DNA from: Candidatus Dojkabacteria bacterium
GTDB taxonomy: Bacteria; Patescibacteriota; Dojkabacteria; SC72
Assembly: GCA_050943415.1 (NCBI GenBank)
Contig: JBMNPD010000004.1
Coordinates: 1 to 58,986, forward strand
Direction of reading: 5' to 3'
DNA: 58,986 nt
The notes under the pieces were generated by a model, which did not search any database, was not told the DNA's origin, and worked only from the letters and a program-made list of their open reading frames with translations. The first letter of the stretch is position 1, and the number at the start of each line of letters is the position of its first letter. The position numbers and the translations under genes are program-made. Below are positions 1 to 9,368 of the stretch, piece by piece.

Positions 1-1
1 T

Positions 2-190
2 TATTTTATTATTGAATTCTACTCTGATTATGGCTTCCCACTTAAATTTTTAATAACTTTAGCTTTTAATTTGTTTGTTACTGTAATTATTGCGATGATA
101 TCAATTATCTTCTACGATTTATTATCGAAATTATTAGGAAAAATGAATTTCTCGTTTTTAGTTCCCTGTAAAAAACAGGAGAGTAGATAA
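2..190 (+). CDS. 3' end of a membrane protein truncated by the window edge (partial CDS)
   Basis: Frame 2 is open from the window edge to TAA at 188-190. It encodes a hydrophobic tail ...FNLFVTVIIAMISIIFYDLLSKLLGK... and has no start codon in the window. Confidence 0.3.
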   Translation, partial: YFIIEFYSDYGFPLKFLITLAFNLFVTVIIAMISIIFYDLLSKLLGKMNFSFLVPCKKQESR

Positions 191-236
191 ATATTTGTGT
201 GATAACATACAAATTAGTAGATTTTAATAGAATAAT

Positions 237-1622
237 TTGAAAAACACCAATTTATTTAGCAAAACTAAAGAAGAATTTATCAAAGAGATTCTAAAAGAAG
301 GTACTTATGCTACCAGAGAAGAATTGATTGAGGTATTGAATGAACTTGATTTCGTAGCTGAAGAAATTAAAGACAAAAGTGACGATGAAATAGTCGATAT
401 AGTTGTTAAACAATCTTTTGAAAATGTGTTTAAGCAATATAGAGATGAGGTATCATCACATATTAATAATTCTGGTTTCTTCATACCAGGATTTACTACT
501 GGAGTTAGAGTAAACAATATTAATATTAAAGTTTTTGGAGGTGTACGAGATTTAAAAGGAAATCCAATGGAGAGTGATACTATGTTTGATGTTGCATCAA
601 TAACTAAAACTTTTACTCAAGTATTACTGTATAGTTTAATTGAAGAAAATGAAGAGAGAGAAAAAGAGAAGCGAATATATTTTGACAGTATCATAAGTGA
701 ACTTCATCCTAAATTCAAAAACTTAAATGATATTACAATTAGAGATATAACTACTTTCTCAATTACATTTAATACACCAGGAAGAATAGATGAGGATAAT
801 CCTACCGTTGATGAAGCTAGAGAATGTTTGTTTAATGTTGAAGTTATTGAAAAAGGAAAATTCAATAATAACGATATTGGTCCAATGATTCTAAAGGAAG
901 TTATGGAGTATGTGACAGGTTGTACTTATGAAGAATTACTAGATAGATATATAGTTGCACCTCTTGGTTTAAAAAGAACTATGGTAAAAGTACCTGAAAA
1001 TCTGTTAGGTAAGATTACAGGTTCACCAAATATAGAATATGGGAGAGTAAATGATTCGAAGGCAAATGCTTTGGGTGGATTCTCTGGGCATGCAGGAGTG
1101 TGGTCAAGTAGTGATGATTTAATCGCTTTTGCTCATAGTATTCTTAATGGTAAGTTTTTAAGTAAAGAATCAGTAGTAGACTTCTATACTCCTAACCAAT
1201 ATGAAAAGGAGAGAGGTAGGGCAGGTAATGTCTTTGTTCCTAGTAAAGAATGCCAAAAATATATATCTTCCATAGATAGTTTATATTCTTTTGTTGCACA
1301 AGGTTCAACTAGAACACAAGTTAATGCCGAGTTAAATGGAGGTTCAACAATTTTGTTTAATACAGCAACTTTTATGAATGAGGCAAAAGCTAAAGAACTT
1401 GATTGTGGTGTTAGATTGGTTGAGAGAGATGGGGTAACATATGCGTGTTACGATATTAGGTCGTATTTACCTATTGAAGATTCTACTGCTCCTTTGAGCT
1501 ATATTAATGCTAAGACTAGAATAAAACTTATGTTTCTTGAAAAATTAATTCAAAATTATGATCCTAACTATGAAGTTAGGATCAATATTGAATATCAAAT
1601 ACCAGTTGATATTAGAATTTAG
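237..1622 (+). CDS. serine hydrolase, beta-lactamase/PBP-like family
   Basis: 461-aa ORF with a TTG start at 237. It has the SxxK active-site motif in FDVASITKTFT and a later GGFSGHAGVW box, the typical class C beta-lactamase-like layout. Confidence 0.7.
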   Translation: MKNTNLFSKTKEEFIKEILKEGTYATREELIEVLNELDFVAEEIKDKSDDEIVDIVVKQSFENVFKQYRDEVSSHINNSGFFIPGFTTGVRVNNINIKVFGGVRDLKGNPMESDTMFDVASITKTFTQVLLYSLIEENEEREKEKRIYFDSIISELHPKFKNLNDITIRDITTFSITFNTPGRIDEDNPTVDEARECLFNVEVIEKGKFNNNDIGPMILKEVMEYVTGCTYEELLDRYIVAPLGLKRTMVKVPENLLGKITGSPNIEYGRVNDSKANALGGFSGHAGVWSSSDDLIAFAHSILNGKFLSKESVVDFYTPNQYEKERGRAGNVFVPSKECQKYISSIDSLYSFVAQGSTRTQVNAELNGGSTILFNTATFMNEAKAKELDCGVRLVERDGVTYACYDIRSYLPIEDSTAPLSYINAKTRIKLMFLEKLIQNYDPNYEVRINIEYQIPVDIRI

Positions 1623-1669
1623 GTTAAAGAATTACTCTTGGATGCTATAATGAAATAATAGAGGTAGAT

Positions 1670-3652
1670 ATGAAAAACTTAGAAGCATTAAAAAGGAAAG
1701 AAAATATAAACTGGATTAATTATTTAGTAAATACTCAAGAGAAGAATTACAATATTGAGAGGGTAAAAGCACTAAAAGAGATAACTAACAAATCAGTTTA
1801 TGATTATGTCCTAAGATCATTTGAAGTTTTAGTAGAATTGGATTTAGCTGAAGATGTTTACTATTATGTTGCTGAAACATTGAAATGGATGGAAGTTGCA
1901 AAGACAGGTTCTAAGCTTGATAGAAGAAAATGGCGAGAACTTGGTTTTGATTTATATGTTCACAATATTGGTTCAAGTCAGATTTATGTTAGTGAAGAAA
2001 AAACTCCAGATAAAGTAGTAGAAATCTTAATTAAAACTCATGGTTTAGTTGGGCAGTATTTAAGGGGTGAAGTAAATCTTGACAAGAATATTGAACTTTA
2101 TTACTTAATAAGAGATAACTTAATTGATAAAGCAACGTTAAGAGAGATCCTAATAGCCTTAAATAAATGTGTTATCAAGGCAGTGTCTAATGACCTTTAT
2201 AATGAAATCGAAGAAGAAATAATTAAGACTATCGATTTAATAATAAACAATAATTTTGCTAAAGAGGATTTAAGTACAAGACTAAAAAGACTGAATAAAG
2301 ACTTTGATGTGTCATATCTTAAAAATAAAGAAGTAGTAAAAGCTTTAGAATATTTACTAGATACTGTAGAACTTTGGTTTTACGAATCTGCATTAAAAGG
2401 TTTTGATTTTTCTCAAAAAATAAAAATTTTACTTTATATTTCTAAGGATTGTGAAGGTTGCGAGCACTTAACTTTTGAAGAGCTAATGAAAAACATTTAC
2501 TTTGATTATGAAAACAAAAAAACAGTTAATATATATAAACAAAGAGTTATTGAAACTTTACTTAATGATTTAGATGTTGAAGATATTCTACATGATACAA
2601 TGAAAACTAATCCTCATCTAAGGTTTTATTTAAGAAAAAAAGGTAATACTTTGATATTTAACTTTAAGTTTTCTATTCAAACAAGAAAGCTTATTGAATT
2701 TTGTGAAGTAGCATACGGTAGTGGTACTTTATACAACAAGTCTGTTTATTTACTTTATGATCTGTTTGAATTTAGAAGAGACAAGTTTGACAGATTCTAC
2801 AATGAGATGGAATACATTAGTAATATGAATTCATCTCTGGAAAACAAAAAAGTATTACTTGATTTTATCGTTGGTGAAAAAGTTTTAGATGTGGGTCCTG
2901 GTGGTGGAGCTTTGATGGATTTAATTGAAGAAGAATTACCGTATTTAAAAGTTTACGGTATAGATTTAGCAAAAAATGTTATTGAGATTTTAGAAGAGAA
3001 GAAAAGAAAGGAGAAAAGAAAGTGGAATATTGTTGAGGGTGATGCTCTCAATTTAACTAAACATTTTCCAAGCGAAAGTATAGATACAATTATTTATTCA
3101 TCAATTATTCACGAGCTTTACTCATATATTGAATATGAAGGAAAGAAATTTAATATAGATACCGTTATTAAAACATTAAAAGAGGCTTATGCAATTTTAA
3201 GTGTTGGAGGTCGTATCTTGATTAGAGATGGTATCATGACAGAGCCAAAAGATAGTATGCGTGTGATTGAGTTCTTTAACAAGGAAGATATAAGTATTTT
3301 AGATAATTACTGTCACGATTTTAGGGGAAGAGAGATTACTTATGAAAAATTAGATGACAACAAAGTAAAACTTCCAGTAAATGATGCGATGGAATTTCTA
3401 TACACCTATACTTGGGGTGATAAGTCATATGCTCATGAGGTACAAGAGCAGTTTGGTTATTTAACGCCTAGTGAGTATCAAAGTTTAATTGAGGAAAATC
3501 TCCGGAATGCGGAGATTGTCTATTTGGAAGCATTTTTACAAGGTGGATATGAAAAAAACTTACTTACAAAGGTAGCTATTTATGATGAAGAGATGAATAT
3601 TGTAAAGTTACCAGATAGTACTTGTATTATAGTTATTGAAAAATTAAAATAA
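1670..3652 (+). CDS. large protein with C-terminal class I SAM-dependent methyltransferase domain
   Basis: 660 aa. Motif I is VLDVGPGGGALMDL, followed by VYGIDLA, EGDALN and ILSVGGRILIRD. The ~390-aa N-terminal helical region is unassigned. Confidence 0.6.
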   Translation: MKNLEALKRKENINWINYLVNTQEKNYNIERVKALKEITNKSVYDYVLRSFEVLVELDLAEDVYYYVAETLKWMEVAKTGSKLDRRKWRELGFDLYVHNIGSSQIYVSEEKTPDKVVEILIKTHGLVGQYLRGEVNLDKNIELYYLIRDNLIDKATLREILIALNKCVIKAVSNDLYNEIEEEIIKTIDLIINNNFAKEDLSTRLKRLNKDFDVSYLKNKEVVKALEYLLDTVELWFYESALKGFDFSQKIKILLYISKDCEGCEHLTFEELMKNIYFDYENKKTVNIYKQRVIETLLNDLDVEDILHDTMKTNPHLRFYLRKKGNTLIFNFKFSIQTRKLIEFCEVAYGSGTLYNKSVYLLYDLFEFRRDKFDRFYNEMEYISNMNSSLENKKVLLDFIVGEKVLDVGPGGGALMDLIEEELPYLKVYGIDLAKNVIEILEEKKRKEKRKWNIVEGDALNLTKHFPSESIDTIIYSSIIHELYSYIEYEGKKFNIDTVIKTLKEAYAILSVGGRILIRDGIMTEPKDSMRVIEFFNKEDISILDNYCHDFRGREITYEKLDDNKVKLPVNDAMEFLYTYTWGDKSYAHEVQEQFGYLTPSEYQSLIEENLRNAEIVYLEAFLQGGYEKNLLTKVAIYDEEMNIVKLPDSTCIIVIEKLK

Positions 3653-3664
3653 GCGGGAATATTT

Positions 3665-4459
3665 ATGATAAAAAGTTTTAAGTTATATCCAAACAGAGTA
3701 ACTAAATCACTTGAAATGGCTCCTTTATTAGAGGCTAAACTTGTTGATAGTGGTTTTGTTAAATCAGATGAGCCTGACTTGGCGATAGCTGTTGGTGGTG
3801 ATGGAGCTTTTTTAGGAATGGTTAGACAAACAGAATTTCGTATAGATCTTGCATACGTAGGAGTTAATACAGGAACGCTAGGTTTTCTGCAAGAAATAAA
3901 GTTTGAAGAGATAGATGAGTTTGTGGAGCAGTTACAAAGGCAGGAGTACAGATTAGAAGAGATAGCTTTTCAACAGACTGTAGTTAAGACTCCTGATGTT
4001 GAAGATACATATTTAAGCCTAAATGAAATTGTAGTTAGAGATAAGCTATTAAGAACGGCTTTCTTTGATGTTGAAGTAGATGGAAATCAATTACAAAATT
4101 TTGTAGGGGATGCCCTTTTGATTTCTACTCCAACAGGTTCTACAGCTCATAATTCGAGTTATGGGGGAGCTATTGTTGATAATTCGGCTAGGGTACTTCA
4201 ATTGAATTCTATGGGGGCTATCAACAGTAAAGTATATCGTTCTTTAATAAATCCTTATATTATCGGCGAAAATCAAAAAATTGTTATAACACCAGAAGAA
4301 AAGAGAAAAGATATAATGTTACAGGTTGATGGTGAGATTCATATCTATGATAATGCTATGAGTATTACTACAATGTTAGACGAAAGAAAGCTGAAGTTTT
4401 TGAGAATGAAAGATTATACTTATGAGAGAAAGATACGTGAAAAGATATTAGGTTGGTAA
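3665..4459 (+). CDS. nadK: NAD kinase
   Basis: Carries the GGDG motif (AVGGDGAFLG), NEIVV and PTGSTAHNSSYGG. The length of 264 aa is typical. Confidence 0.85.
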   Translation: MIKSFKLYPNRVTKSLEMAPLLEAKLVDSGFVKSDEPDLAIAVGGDGAFLGMVRQTEFRIDLAYVGVNTGTLGFLQEIKFEEIDEFVEQLQRQEYRLEEIAFQQTVVKTPDVEDTYLSLNEIVVRDKLLRTAFFDVEVDGNQLQNFVGDALLISTPTGSTAHNSSYGGAIVDNSARVLQLNSMGAINSKVYRSLINPYIIGENQKIVITPEEKRKDIMLQVDGEIHIYDNAMSITTMLDERKLKFLRMKDYTYERKIREKILGW

Positions 4460-4532
4460 AAAGGAATGTATAATATATTTTGTGTTATTATTAAATCGAG
4501 AAAGGTAGTGTATGCTACACTAGTATATAAAT

Positions 4533-5807
4533 ATGAAGAAATTTCTCGCAATATGGCTTGGTGAGTTTATATCCAACATAGGTAGTGGTATGACTGCTTT
4601 TGCTCTATCCATATATGTATATGAACAAACAAATAGTGTTGGATATGTATCTGCAGTAGCTCTAGCTGCATTTCTACCAACTATTCTACTAAACCCAATT
4701 GGTGGAGTTCTAGCAGATAGGTATGATAGAAGATTGTTAATGTTGATAGGTGATTTTTTCTCTGGTCTAGGAGTATTGTTTATTCTTCTAAATATACACT
4801 TCTTCACACCAAACATATGGCTCATTATCTTTTTTGTAGCATTTAGTGGAATATTTGTTGCTTTACTAGAACCATCATTTAAAGCTACCATTACAGATCT
4901 TTTATCTAAGCAATATTATGCAAAAGCAAGTGGTATGGTACAGATATCTGGTAATGCAAGATATCTCCTTTCCCCAATATTAGCAGGTGTATTACTCTCT
5001 GTATTTGATATTAAGGTCATTTTAATTATAGATATCTGTACATTCTTTGTTACATTGGTAATTACAAGTATTGTTAGAAGGTCTATCAAAGTACCTGTTA
5101 AGAAAGAAGAAAAGAAGAGTTTTACTGTTGAAATGAAAGAAGGTTTTGAATATCTTAAATCTAAAAAAGGTATTAAGAATTTAGTTCTACTAATGGCAAT
5201 ACTTTGCTTCTTCATTGGATTTATACAAACTCTGATAGTACCAATGACTTTGAATTTAAGTGATGCTAAAACAGTTGGATTTTTAGAATCTGCTTGTGCT
5301 GTAGGGATGGTGATTAGTAGTATTCTCATAGGTGTCTTTGGTATTAGAAGTAGATATGTTAAAACATTGAGTTTGGCGGGTATGTCTGCTTCTCTTTTTA
5401 TGGCACTAATTGGTGTAAGTGTTAATCTTAATGTAATTGGTATTGTAGCTTTTCTCTTTTTCTTCTGTCTTCCTTTTTTAAATACAGTAGCTGATGGATT
5501 GATAAGAAACAATGTAGATAATGAAATACAGGGAAGAGTATGGGGAATTATCAGCTTGATTTCTCAGATTGGTACAGCTATAGCGTATGCTTTGAGTGGT
5601 GTTTTAGCAGACCGTATATTTGAACCTCTTCTTTTGGAAAATGGTGCTTTAGCTAAAACAGTTGGAAACATTATTGGTGTTGGTAAGGGTAGGGGAATAG
5701 GGCTGATGCTCATAATTGCAGGGATAGGAATGTTCATAGTTATGTTTGTATTGGGAAGAAATAAGGAAATATCTAAGTTGGAAAGGAATATTAAAACTAA
5801 TACCTAA
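4533..5807 (+). CDS. MFS transporter
   Basis: 424 aa with about 12 hydrophobic helices. The LADRYDRRLLM loop after TM2 is MFS motif A-like. Confidence 0.7.
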   Translation: MKKFLAIWLGEFISNIGSGMTAFALSIYVYEQTNSVGYVSAVALAAFLPTILLNPIGGVLADRYDRRLLMLIGDFFSGLGVLFILLNIHFFTPNIWLIIFFVAFSGIFVALLEPSFKATITDLLSKQYYAKASGMVQISGNARYLLSPILAGVLLSVFDIKVILIIDICTFFVTLVITSIVRRSIKVPVKKEEKKSFTVEMKEGFEYLKSKKGIKNLVLLMAILCFFIGFIQTLIVPMTLNLSDAKTVGFLESACAVGMVISSILIGVFGIRSRYVKTLSLAGMSASLFMALIGVSVNLNVIGIVAFLFFFCLPFLNTVADGLIRNNVDNEIQGRVWGIISLISQIGTAIAYALSGVLADRIFEPLLLENGALAKTVGNIIGVGKGRGIGLMLIIAGIGMFIVMFVLGRNKEISKLERNIKTNT

Positions 5808-6616
5808 TCCTCTGTTTCTATGTTTATCTCACCTATACCACCAGATATCTCTATTGTATTTTTACCATCTCCTGTAACTCCACTACTTATCTTTTCTCCA
5901 TTAAATCTAATCTCACCTATACCTTTCTCTATATCGAAAGTGTAGTTACTGGAATTCTCTAAGAATCTAAAATTCACTTCTCCTACTCCAGTATCAATAT
6001 TATTCTTACCTGTTAGAGAGAGAGTTGCATCTAATTTTCCAACACCTAAATCAGCTTTTAGATTGTTTAACTTACCGTTATGAATAATTATTTCACCAAC
6101 ACCACCAGACATTTTAATCTCATCAGTAACATTTATATCATTTACTTCTAATCCTCCAGCACCTAAGTTAATTTCTGCTTTCTTACAATTTAGTTCTTCT
6201 ATGAATACTTTACCTGCACCAGTCTCTATCTTAACGAAATCTAATGTCTTTGAAGTAGGTAAAGTAACAATTAGTTCGAGATTTTTGTTGTGATAACGAA
6301 GATGATTTGTATTGTCATTGATAACGATAGTGTCTGTTTTCTCTTCTACAGTAATGTCCTTGTTATTTGTAGTTACAGAAAAGTCCTCTCCTGTTTCTAA
6401 AGTTAGTTTAGTTACTTTTGTTCTAATGTCTAACTCCTTATGTTCATCAAATGTAAAAGTAATATTTCTTTTAGTTAAAGGTTCTGTTTCTTGATTCTTA
6501 TCTAAAAAACCTCCAACAAACAAAAGTGCATCTATTGCAAATTTAAATATACCTACAATCAAAATGATTGCAAATACAAGAGCACAGTATTTTATGATTT
6601 TTTGTAAAAGTGTCAT
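5804..6616 (-). CDS. DUF4097/LiaG-like beta-repeat membrane-anchored protein
   Basis: Start moved to the ATG at 6616, which forms an ATGA overlap with the upstream stop. It has an N-terminal TM helix, then repeated GxGx(I/V/L) units (GAGKVFIE, GAGGLEVN, GGVGEIII, GVGKLDAT, GVGEVNFR, GIGEIRFN, GGIGEINI). Confidence 0.6.
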   Translation of the reverse strand: MTLLQKIIKYCALVFAIILIVGIFKFAIDALLFVGGFLDKNQETEPLTKRNITFTFDEHKELDIRTKVTKLTLETGEDFSVTTNNKDITVEEKTDTIVINDNTNHLRYHNKNLELIVTLPTSKTLDFVKIETGAGKVFIEELNCKKAEINLGAGGLEVNDINVTDEIKMSGGVGEIIIHNGKLNNLKADLGVGKLDATLSLTGKNNIDTGVGEVNFRFLENSSNYTFDIEKGIGEIRFNGEKISSGVTGDGKNTIEISGGIGEINIETED

Positions 6617-7296
6617 TTTATATCTACTCCTCCAAATATACATGTTGAATTTATATATATAGTTTTCTTACTCTTTTCATCTTTTGGTTTTCTTTTGTTT
6701 TCAACAGAACCAAAAATAGATGTTTGTAAGACCTTAATTTCTACATCATTAGGAACATATATTTCTATACCTCCAAATACTGATGTCGTATTTATTACAA
6801 CATCGTTTTTAATAATGGCTTTTCTTATGTCGCATACAATACCACCAAATGTAGCACTTAAATCTAAGTTTTTTAATTCATCGTCTATGTTAAGTTTAAG
6901 AGAACTAAATGTTGAGGAGTATTCTTTAGGCTTGTCTTTTTTGTTAATTTCTTTAATTTTTCTTTCAGTTGAGGTATTAGCTATATTCTTAATCAGCAGA
7001 GTTAAACCAATTACAACTAAAATTGTAGGCATAATTAGACTAGTTAACTTTTCAACTGAGATGAATCCTTGAATTAGAAATAGAAGAGAGAATCCAATCA
7101 GTAATCCTATTACATTGCCAACAAAATCATCTCTTTCTAGTAAACCTAAGAAACTAGGAATAATGATGAATAGTGTCCACCACCCATCAAAGAAGATATT
7201 TATATTAGTTATTTCTAATTTATTTAGACCGTATATTACTCCAACGGTTATTAGAAACAATCCTAACAAAACTCTGTTTAATCTTTTCATATTCAT
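6613..7296 (-). CDS. LiaF-like cell-envelope stress membrane protein (DUF2154-type C-terminus)
   Basis: Has N-terminal TM helices. The C-terminal units are ATFGGIVCDI, SVFGGIEIYVP, SIFGSVENK and CIFGGVDIK. Confidence 0.6.
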   Translation of the reverse strand: MNMKRLNRVLLGLFLITVGVIYGLNKLEITNINIFFDGWWTLFIIIPSFLGLLERDDFVGNVIGLLIGFSLLFLIQGFISVEKLTSLIMPTILVVIGLTLLIKNIANTSTERKIKEINKKDKPKEYSSTFSSLKLNIDDELKNLDLSATFGGIVCDIRKAIIKNDVVINTTSVFGGIEIYVPNDVEIKVLQTSIFGSVENKRKPKDEKSKKTIYINSTCIFGGVDIK

Positions 7297-7417
7297 ATAG
7301 TAACAATATTACAATACTAGAATAATAGTAGCACAAATTCGAAAACATTTCTTCATTTTTTGGATCTACTATGAAGAATTGTTAACTATTCAAATTAAGA
7401 ACTTCTAACTGCTATCT

Positions 7418-7960
7418 TTGTTAATCAGAATTTCATTTTCATTCTGTACAATCTGTATGGAAACAATATATCCATATATGATTAAAAGAAAAGTTCTAAT
7501 TAAAGTTAGAAGTATTAAAAATTCTTTTAGAAAAGAGTTAACATCTACTGTTGGCAATATAGATGTGAGTCAGAGAAAACCAAGTAAACATGAAATGAGT
7601 ATGGTAAAGGTTGTAGTGGAAAAGTTTGGTGGAGACATATTTTTTCTACAAGGTAAAGGAGATATAGGATTAAAAACACCCGATGCTATATGGTCGAGTC
7701 TTAAATTAGAAATTAAAAAAGCTACAGGTAAATCTAGTATAGATAGTCAAACAAGAAAAGGATTACAACAGATAAATGGAGATGGAGTAATACTTTTAGA
7801 TGTTAGTAACAATAAGAAAAGTGTGCGAGAGATTAGGAATAATGCTATACATAGAGTAAAAAGATATCTGCTTAGTAATCCTGTTGGTAAAGTGAATATC
7901 ATTATTGTTAAAAGAAAGAAAGTTGTTGATGTTTTGGAAATAAAAAAGGTGGAAGCTTAG
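7418..7960 (+). CDS. stand-alone PD-(D/E)xK nuclease-fold protein resembling CdiA-CT/polymorphic-toxin tRNase domains
   Basis: Contains KTPDAIWSSLKLEIKK (PD...ExK), then a Q...ILLD segment, an order seen in CdiA C-terminal tRNase-type toxin domains. The start is uncertain: TTG 7418, ATG 7457 or ATG 7478. Confidence 0.4.
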   Translation: MLIRISFSFCTICMETIYPYMIKRKVLIKVRSIKNSFRKELTSTVGNIDVSQRKPSKHEMSMVKVVVEKFGGDIFFLQGKGDIGLKTPDAIWSSLKLEIKKATGKSSIDSQTRKGLQQINGDGVILLDVSNNKKSVREIRNNAIHRVKRYLLSNPVGKVNIIIVKRKKVVDVLEIKKVEA

Positions 7961-7993
7961 ACCTGACACAAAGGGGTCAGGTGGCCTCCACCT
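7947..7993 (+). terminator. GC-rich nested stem-loop cluster overlapping the stop codon of the 7418 gene
   Basis: The inner stem is ACCTGAC (7961-7967) / GTCAGGT (7976-7982). The outer stem is AGGTGGA (7947-7953) / TCCACCT (7987-7993). There is no clear U-tract. Confidence 0.4.
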
Positions 7994-8082
7994 CTCTACG
8001 TATATTATACAAAATATTTTCTTAAAAAAGCAAATAAAAATATACGTTCTTTTGGGAAAATTGTATTAAAAACAATCGGTAT

Positions 8083-8132
8083 TACAATCTTATTGATTAG
8101 ATATACCAATCAATATATGAAGATTGTATAAT
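8083..8132 (+). promoter_or_regulatory. nested inverted repeat overlapping a TATAAT box (operator-like)
   Basis: TACAATCTT (8083-8091) pairs with AAGATTGTA (8120-8128). Inside it, ATTGATT (8092-8098) pairs with AATCAAT (8108-8114). A TATAAT at 8127-8132 lies 39 nt upstream of the ATG at 8172. Confidence 0.35.
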
Positions 8133-8171
8133 TATGCTGGTTTGTTATGTAATATCTAATTAGGAAAATAT

Positions 8172-9105
8172 ATGAAGAAAATAGTATTTGGTATATTAGG
8201 AATATTGATAGCATACACTGTTATTCAAGGTATATGTTGTGTTGTAGGTTTACAAAAAGCTAAGAAAAATCTAAATTCATATAATGTTAAGGAAGTAGAA
8301 TTATCATATGGCTTGATTAAATATATAGATGAAGGTGAGGGTGAGGTTATTCTATCAGTTCACGGTATTTTTGGAGGATATGATCAAGCGTATGAAAATA
8401 TTAAAAGTAGAGCAACTAAAAATCGTATAATTGCACCATCTCGTTTTGGTTATCTAGGTTCAAGTGTTAAAGGGGAAGGTACTCCAAAAGAACAAGCAGA
8501 AGCATTTAATGAATTACTAGATATTTTAGGAATAGATAAAAGTGTTTGTTTTAGCAACTTCAGCTGGTGGGACTCCAGCTATTCGTTTTGTATTAGATTA
8601 TCCTGAACGAGTTAAAGGTCTAATCCTGTTTTGTTCTGCAATGCCTGTTAATGAAAAGCCAGAGAAGTATCTTGAATATCAAGCTCCTCCAGAGCCTCTT
8701 TTGTCTGATTATGCCATGTATCTAATTAGTCCACTTATGCCAGTAATGATGGGCTTACCAGCTTCTACTGTGAAAAATATTTTGCCAGTTACTGAAAGAA
8801 AGGAAGGTGTAATTCTAGATGGAAAAATAACAAATTCTGATATGGAGAGAAATTTTGATGAGTATCCAATTGAAGAATTAAAAGTTCCTACATTGATTTT
8901 ACATTCAGAGGATGACAATGTAGCTAGATTTGAGAAAGTAAAAAATGTTAAACATCGCTTTACAAATCTTGAATTAGTAATTTTTCCAGATGGAGGACAT
9001 ATGATGAAAGGTCATGGAGATGAAATTGATAGAGAGTTAGATAAATTTTTAAATAAGTATGCAGCAAGATTAGAGATTGATGAGAATAGTGTACAACAAG
9101 AGTAG
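8172..9105 (+). pseudogene. alpha/beta hydrolase interrupted by a +1 frameshift in an A4 run
   Basis: ORF 8172-8606 (HGIFGG oxyanion region) and ORF 8542-9105 (nucleophile elbow VLATSAGG, C-terminal PDGGHM) are halves of one hydrolase. Deleting one A of AAAA (8538-8541) gives ...GIDKVFVLATSAGG... Confidence 0.7.
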
Positions 9106-9150
9106 GTGTATTATTTAGCTAAGTCTGTTATATAATACACATGTATTTTT
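9106..9150 (+). terminator. stem-loop with T-run after the hydrolase gene
   Basis: GTGTATTAT (9106-9114) pairs with ATAATACAC (9132-9140), followed by ATGTATTTTT. The 3' arm also carries a TATAAT (9131-9136) that could serve the ABC operon. Confidence 0.45.
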
Positions 9151-9169
9151 AAATTTAGAAAAAAATTAA

Positions 9170-9367
9170 ATGAAAAACATTAAAGTAGGCATATCCTTAA
9201 TAATATTAGGAAATATACTATATATACTAAACGAATATTTCTCAGGAAATGAAACAACTGCTTTTGGAGAATTCTCTCAAGGATTGCTACTAGGACTTTC
9301 TGTTGGAATGAACTTGATAGGAATTATATTGATTATTATTTATATATCAAAGAAAGAAAGGAAATAA
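9170..9367 (+). CDS. small two-TM membrane protein, first gene of the ABC-2 operon
   Basis: 65 aa with two hydrophobic helices. Its stop lies 1 nt before the ATPase start. Confidence 0.5.
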   Translation: MKNIKVGISLIILGNILYILNEYFSGNETTAFGEFSQGLLLGLSVGMNLIGIILIIIYISKKERK

Positions 9368-9368
9368 T

